Origin: Myxococcota bacterium
GTDB lineage: Bacteria; Myxococcota; JACRCW01
Length of the DNA: 27,735 bases
Assembly: GCA_040752415.1 (NCBI GenBank)
Contig: JBFMGU010000141.1
Span: 1-27,735 of the forward strand
Reading direction: 5' to 3'
Made by a program: the position numbers and the translations under genes. Shown here in pieces: positions 24,600 to 27,735 of the stretch. The notes under the pieces were generated by a model that had not been told where the DNA came from, searched no databases, and saw only the letters and a list, made by a program, of their open reading frames with translations. Positions within the stretch are counted from its first letter, which is position 1. Every line of letters starts with the position of its first letter.

Positions 24600-25571
24600 T
24601 CAGCGCGCCAACACCCGTCCCAGCCCGAGGTACTGGTGGGCCAGCGGCTCCCTGCTGACGTCGGAGCCAAAGGCCTGCAGCGCCAGTCCGATGAGGCGGG
24701 TCCGTGCTTCAACCGATGGGATACCCGTCTCCGGCTCGAGCAGTGGCAGCTCCTCCGCCGTGGGCACCGCGCCCTGGCGCAGCAGCTCCAACGAGATGGC
24801 CACGCGCGGACCCGCGGCGCGTCCCGTGCTGTGACCGCCCCAGTGCACCAGGTCAAAGCCCCAGCCCACCACCGTCCCCGCCGTCACCGGCAAAGCCTGC
24901 GCGGCGTGCAGCAGCGTGATGGCCTCCTCCATGCGCAGCGTGTTCTCGTCGTGGAAGCGGCGGGACAGCTCCGGCGCGCGGTGGCGCGGGATCACGTACA
25001 GGCAGCCGTTGTCCGTGGTGGCGTCGGTGAGTGCCACCCACAGCGTGAGCCGCTCCGGCACCTCCTCCTCCGACGACGGTCGCACCACGTAATCCACGTG
25101 CGGCGGCCATCCGCGCGCGCCCTCCCGCACCGGCACCACGTGCGTCCAGATGCGCGGCAGCTGCCGGTAACGCGGGCCGAGCAGACCCTGCAGCAGGCCG
25201 TGGAACGCGGGTTGCCGCAGCGCGTGCCACATCTCGTCGTACATGAACGCGAACACGCCGGGCCAGCCGCGCTCGGTCACCACCTGGATGCAGCGGTGGA
25301 GGGTGTGCAGCGTGCTGGTGTCGAGGATGTTGGGAAGCTGGAAGAACCCGTCGCGCAGCAGGTCGGCGCGTGCGCCGGAGGTGTCCACGTTGTCACCGCG
25401 CACCGGCGGATTGTCCACGCCCACGTGCAGTGTGGCATCCAGCTCGCGCCAGTACCCGGGGTCGCGCGCGAGCGCGAGGCGTTCCTCGTCGTCACCCGGC
25501 TTCCGCAGCAGCGCGGCGAAGGACCTGGGGGAACCGCGGCTCACCGCCACCTCCACGCGCCGCGCGGGCAC
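24600..25571 (-). CDS. Phytanoyl-CoA dioxygenase (PhyH)-family Fe(II)/2-oxoglutarate dioxygenase
   Basis: RDGFFQLP, WPPHVD (HxD), TLWVALTDATTDNGCLYVIP, distal His in LVHWGG, and PRVA. Start uncertain (several GTGs). Confidence 0.88.
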   Translation of the reverse strand: MPARRVEVAVSRGSPRSFAALLRKPGDDEERLALARDPGYWRELDATLHVGVDNPPVRGDNVDTSGARADLLRDGFFQLPNILDTSTLHTLHRCIQVVTERGWPGVFAFMYDEMWHALRQPAFHGLLQGLLGPRYRQLPRIWTHVVPVREGARGWPPHVDYVVRPSSEEEVPERLTLWVALTDATTDNGCLYVIPRHRAPELSRRFHDENTLRMEEAITLLHAAQALPVTAGTVVGWGFDLVHWGGHSTGRAAGPRVAISLELLRQGAVPTAEELPLLEPETGIPSVEARTRLIGLALQAFGSDVSREPLAHQYLGLGRVLAR

Positions 25572-25700
25572 CCCGGGAGCTTGTGCCTGGCCGGCCGCTG
25601 CATGGCGCCAGCATGCGGAGGGGAGGGCGGCGGTGCAAGGGGCTTGCGCGGCGCGCGGCGGCGGTCACATCCTGCGCGCTCGTCGGAGCGGAGGCAGGAC

Positions 25701-26915
25701 ATGGGCGGAACCGAGAGGCTGTACTGGCAGGACCCCTACGCGCGCGCGTTCGAGGCCACGGTGACGGAGGTGACTCCCGGCGAGAACGGCGAGCACGTGG
25801 TCACGCTGGAGCAGACGCTGTTCTACCCGGAGGCCGGCGGCCAGCGCTGCGACGTGGGGACGCTGGGCGGCGCCGAGGTGCTGCACGTTGACGACGACAA
25901 TGGCGTGTTGCGCCACCGCATCCGCGGGCCGGCGCCGGAGCGGGGTCAGAAGGTGACGGGGCAGGTGGACTGGGCGCGTCGGTTCGACATGATGCAGCAG
26001 CACACCGCGCAGCACATCCTCTCCGCCGGTTTCCACGAGGTGCTCAAGGCCGCCACGGTGAGCGCGCGTCTCGGGGAACGCGGCTGCACCATTGACCTGG
26101 GAGACCTCAAGGAGATCCCGCTCGACGTGGTGTTCCAGGTGGAGGACCGCATCAACCAGGTCATCTGGGATGATCGTGCGGTGCGCGCGCACTTCCCCAG
26201 CCCGGAGGAGCTCGCGCGCATGCCGCTGCGTCGCACGCCCAAGGTGGATGAGGGCATCCGCGTCATCGAGGTGGAGGAGTTCGACTTCTCTCCCTGCGGC
26301 GGCACCCACGTCCGACGCACCGGCGAGCTGGGCGCCATCCGCGTGCTGAAGACGGAGCGCTACAAGGGCGGCATCCGCGCGGAGTTCTGCGCGGGCTCCC
26401 GTGCGCTGCGCGAGGCGCGGGAGAAGGCCGGCATCCTGGAGAAGCTGGGCGCCATGCTCTCCTCCGGTGCGCCCGAGGTGGCCGTGGCCGTCGAGAAGCT
26501 GCAGGGCGCGTTGCGCCAGGAGACCCGCGCGCGCAGCGAGTTGTGGGGTGAGCTGGTGCAGCATCTCGCGGGTCGGTACGCGGCGCAGGCGGTGATGCTG
26601 GGTTCTCGTCGGGCGGTGGTGGCCGCGCTGGAGCGCAGGAGTCGCGCGGAGGCACGCACCCTGGCCATGCGTCTCACCGCCGACGATCCCACGTGTGCCT
26701 GCGCGCTCGTCGTGGAGGAGGACGGCCGGCCGCAGCTGGTGGTGTCCGCGGGCGCGCAGAGCGGCGTCAACGCGGGCGCGGTGGTGAAGCGTGCCACGAC
26801 GGAAGTGGGCGGGCGCGGCGGTGGCAAGCCGGAGCTGGCGGAAGGAGCGGGTCCCGCCGGCGGGTCCACCGACGCGCTGCTGGACGCCGTACGCAAGGCC
26901 GTCAGCGAGATGTGA
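25701..26915 (+). CDS. alaX: Alanyl-tRNA editing protein (AlaX-L type, with DHHA1/C-Ala domain)
   Basis: TLFYPEAGGQ, MQQHTAQH (HxxxH), PCGGTHV (CxxxH) and C-terminal GGRGGGKPELAEG; GGAGG/AGGA before ATG 25701. Confidence 0.93.
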   Translation: MGGTERLYWQDPYARAFEATVTEVTPGENGEHVVTLEQTLFYPEAGGQRCDVGTLGGAEVLHVDDDNGVLRHRIRGPAPERGQKVTGQVDWARRFDMMQQHTAQHILSAGFHEVLKAATVSARLGERGCTIDLGDLKEIPLDVVFQVEDRINQVIWDDRAVRAHFPSPEELARMPLRRTPKVDEGIRVIEVEEFDFSPCGGTHVRRTGELGAIRVLKTERYKGGIRAEFCAGSRALREAREKAGILEKLGAMLSSGAPEVAVAVEKLQGALRQETRARSELWGELVQHLAGRYAAQAVMLGSRRAVVAALERRSRAEARTLAMRLTADDPTCACALVVEEDGRPQLVVSAGAQSGVNAGAVVKRATTEVGGRGGGKPELAEGAGPAGGSTDALLDAVRKAVSEM

Positions 26916-27161
26916 GGCGCACCGCCGCCGGCGGCCCGTACCCCCGGGCACACTCCGTGCAAGTCTGATCACCCCTGTATTTTCCAGGGGTTCCACAAAT
27001 TCTTTGTCCCGCCTTCCCGGTTGCTGCGTACGCCCGTTGGTACCCAGGGTTCTTGGTTCCAACCGCCCCGCGCGACCTCCCTGCCAAGGTCCGTTGGTCC
27101 GGCCCCCTGGTGACCGCACACATCGCGGCGCGCAGCTCCACGTGCGCCAACGAGGTCGCCC

Positions 27162-27735
27162 GTGTGGATCGCCGTGTTGTTGGTCACCGCAGCCCAAATC
27201 TCCTCCGACGGTGCCGCGTGCACGTCAGGCCAGTTCTACCAGGAGCCAGCGCCTGCAACCGTCGCCACGTCCGCTCCCACCACGCCGCCCACCGAGGAGG
27301 AGCTGGCGCGTCGGGAGCGGGTGCGGCAGTTCGAGGGTCGCGCGCTGGTGGCCACCCGTCGTCACAAGGAGCGCCAGGACGCGCTGGACAAGCTCTTCCC
27401 GGATCCCTCCGAGGAGGCGCTGGTGGTGCGCGGCGACAAGTGCGTGCTCACCGAGGCCGAGGTGCTGGAGAGCGCGGACGTGGCCGAGATCCGCAAGAAG
27501 CTCATTGCTCCGCCGTGGGAGACCTCCGCGGTGGCGCTGGGCGGCGTGGCCGGGCTGCTGGGCGCGGTGGTGTTCGCCACCACGGGAGCCTTCCTGGGCG
27601 CCGGGGGTGGCTTCATCTACTCGGTGACCGAGGGCGTGCTGACCTTCAGTCTTCCGTCGGTGACGGCGCTGCTGGGCCGCTTCATCACCGGCGCGGTGAT
27701 CGGCGCGATGTTGACGTTGCTGCTGGCGGCGGCGG
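27162..27735 (+). CDS. Hypothetical exported/membrane protein, truncated by the window end
   Basis: GAGG at 27152-27155, then GTG 27162. The frame (MWIAVLLVTAAQISSDG...ALGGVAGLLGAVVFATTGAFLGAGGG...) stays open to the window end. Not in the ORF track because it has no stop codon. Confidence 0.7.
   Translation, partial: MWIAVLLVTAAQISSDGAACTSGQFYQEPAPATVATSAPTTPPTEEELARRERVRQFEGRALVATRRHKERQDALDKLFPDPSEEALVVRGDKCVLTEAEVLESADVAEIRKKLIAPPWETSAVALGGVAGLLGAVVFATTGAFLGAGGGFIYSVTEGVLTFSLPSVTALLGRFITGAVIGAMLTLLLAAA

Noticed and set aside
13344..26915. A single large RNA quality-control island (ttcA, rtcB, EndoV, alaX)
   Set aside because: The genes are on mixed strands and separated by unrelated genes. 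Only the leader/rbfA-like/rtcB unit shows direct coupling.
26791..27627. 278-aa + strand ORF in the track
   Set aside because: Arg/Pro-rich off-frame ORF. A different frame starting at GTG 27162 has an RBS, normal codon bias and a sensible protein.
1..27735. Prophage, IS element, tRNA/rRNA or defence island
   Set aside because: I recognised no integrase, transposase, phage structural gene, structural RNA signature or known defence gene.

Overview
A gene-dense, high-GC bacterial chromosomal window. The gene styles (Cys-rich/Ser-rich lipoproteins, a MYXO-CTERM-like tail, an orphan PhnD-like protein) suggest Myxococcota; this is inference. About 29 CDS are supported: ssb; a coupled membrane protein plus poly-Ser/beta-propeller lipoprotein pair; DUF1015; hemerythrin; a PDZ-protease remnant followed by modA, fused modBC and phoD; a lower-GC three-gene envelope cassette; ttcA; an RbfA-like/RtcB pair divergent from endonuclease V; a TPR protein; a ComEC-like MBL lipoprotein; an atypical SDR; a PhnD-like protein; a chalcone-isomerase-like protein; Yip1; a PhyH dioxygenase; AlaX; and a truncated final ORF. 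I saw no tRNA, rRNA, CRISPR array or transposase. The best candidate for an undescribed system is at 15311-17011 (- strand): a 19-aa leader ORF and alternative hairpins precede a divergent RbfA paralogue that is translationally coupled to an RtcB RNA ligase with intact motifs. This may be an attenuator-controlled ribosome/RNA repair module. Family calls come from motif recognition only, with no database searches. Many start codons were refined by hand relative to the ORF track.
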